Notes under the pieces: generated by a model
What the model was told of the DNA's origin: nothing
What the model saw: only the letters and a program-made list of their open reading frames with translations
Database searches by the model: none
Translations under genes and position numbers: made by a program
Virus record (IMG/VR): IMGVR_UViG_3300024581_003792
Location: 127,006-191,005 of that record
Strand: one strand, 5' to 3'
DNA from: a virus
Length of the DNA: 64,000 nt
Shown here: piece by piece, positions 63,438 to 64,000 of the stretch
Layout of the letters: every line of letters begins with the position of its first letter
Numbering within the stretch: the stretch's first letter is position 1

Positions 63438-63678
63438 GTCTTCCCAAATTGTTTACTCTGAACATGGTTACGACGAATGCTTTGAATATAAAGATGGAAG
63501 CGGAAGAGTTCCCGATGGGAATGCAGTTGGGTATGAGGTTGATGCTTCTAACGGATACAACGACAATCCCTGCGTGAAATTAATTCTATTTGAAGATATT
63601 AAATATAGTGAATATGGTCACGACTATTGGGATAATATTGAACTCGAACATGATATAGAAAGAGTAATAATACCATGA
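63427..63678 (+). CDS. Acidic hypothetical protein
   Basis: 83-aa ORF coupled to neighbours. Confidence 0.65.
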   Translation: MKIKSSQIVYSEHGYDECFEYKDGSGRVPDGNAVGYEVDASNGYNDNPCVKLILFEDIKYSEYGHDYWDNIELEHDIERVIIP

Positions 63679-63932
63679 TAAACTTTAGGAAAGGGTACGA
63701 GCCAAATAATTCAAAAAACGATCTAGTCAAGAAATTACAAAAAATTTTAGATTTAGTTTATAATGAAGAATCGGAATATTACCCCGGATCATTTCACCCA
63801 GAAACCGATTTAGCGGAAGTTACCGATGCTATTTTTCAAATCTTGTTCAATCAAAACAACGAATCAGTTCATATTATAATTGATAAAAATCCAAATAATA
63901 GTCTCGATATGACTATCGACAAAATTGAATGA
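63675..63932 (+). CDS. Hypothetical protein
   Basis: 85-aa ORF, ATGA coupling. Confidence 0.65.
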   Translation: MINFRKGYEPNNSKNDLVKKLQKILDLVYNEESEYYPGSFHPETDLAEVTDAIFQILFNQNNESVHIIIDKNPNNSLDMTIDKIE

Positions 63933-64000
63933 GTAATCGCCAAATAATAGACGGACCTAATAACTACTATAAAAAAGTAGAATTAATTCGCCGCCCACTT
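63929..64000 (+). CDS. 5' fragment of a gene truncated by the window edge
   Basis: ATG overlapping the upstream TGA; open to the end of the window. Confidence 0.5.
   Translation, partial: MSNRQIIDGPNNYYKKVELIRRPL

Noticed and set aside
1-64000. Stop-codon reassignment or programmed frameshifts
   Set aside because: Conserved enzymes are full length in the standard code with tight gene packing; A-tracts (for example near 47177 and 43286) do not join broken domains.
1-64000. Cellular (bacterial) origin of the window
   Set aside because: No ribosomal, envelope or central-metabolism operons; divergent replication genes sit next to fibre genes with phage-like density. A host assignment beyond a diderm, probably PVC, cannot be supported from sequence alone.

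Overview
A gene-dense, AT-rich, almost entirely plus-strand 64-kb segment of a large tailed dsDNA phage. There are no cellular housekeeping operons, and no integrase or att site is visible. A PVC-superphylum host (Verrucomicrobiota/Planctomycetota) is suggested by DUF1501 and a TorF-like porin, but this is inference only. Layout: (1) 11-4184, glycan-modification cluster (fucosyltransferase-like, two SAM methyltransferases, sulfotransferase, GDP-mannose-3,5-epimerase-like); (2) 4866-18769, replication and recombination (RecA/UvsX, nucleases, DnaB, DnaG, a Pol III split into PHP, DEDDh and catalytic genes) plus a ClpA/ClpC ATPase; (3) 18813-38601, virion fibre/adhesin genes with repeats and six beta-helix-type modules; (4) 38648-50054, auxiliary genes including a complete tmRNA with a lysine/arginine-rich tag, a metal-ligand-depleted UvsE homologue, DUF1501, an APS-kinase-like/HxGH fusion, dUTPase, porin, dNMP kinase, a sigma factor and pyrophosphatase; (5) 50093-62145, a second glycan cluster with seven more sulfotransferases, glycosyltransferases and CysQ; (6) small hypothetical genes. 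The best candidate for an undescribed system is a phage-encoded glycan sulfation pathway (eight sulfotransferases plus a putative PAPS supply, PPase and PAP phosphatase). Its sulfotransferases form a cassette array with variable cores and near-identical DNA 3' ends, and the beta-helix adhesin modules show the same conserved-DNA-anchor pattern. Two promoter classes (sigma70-type and a GTGTA class) mostly place the start codon at the predicted transcription start. All family calls come from motif recognition by eye; no database search was run.
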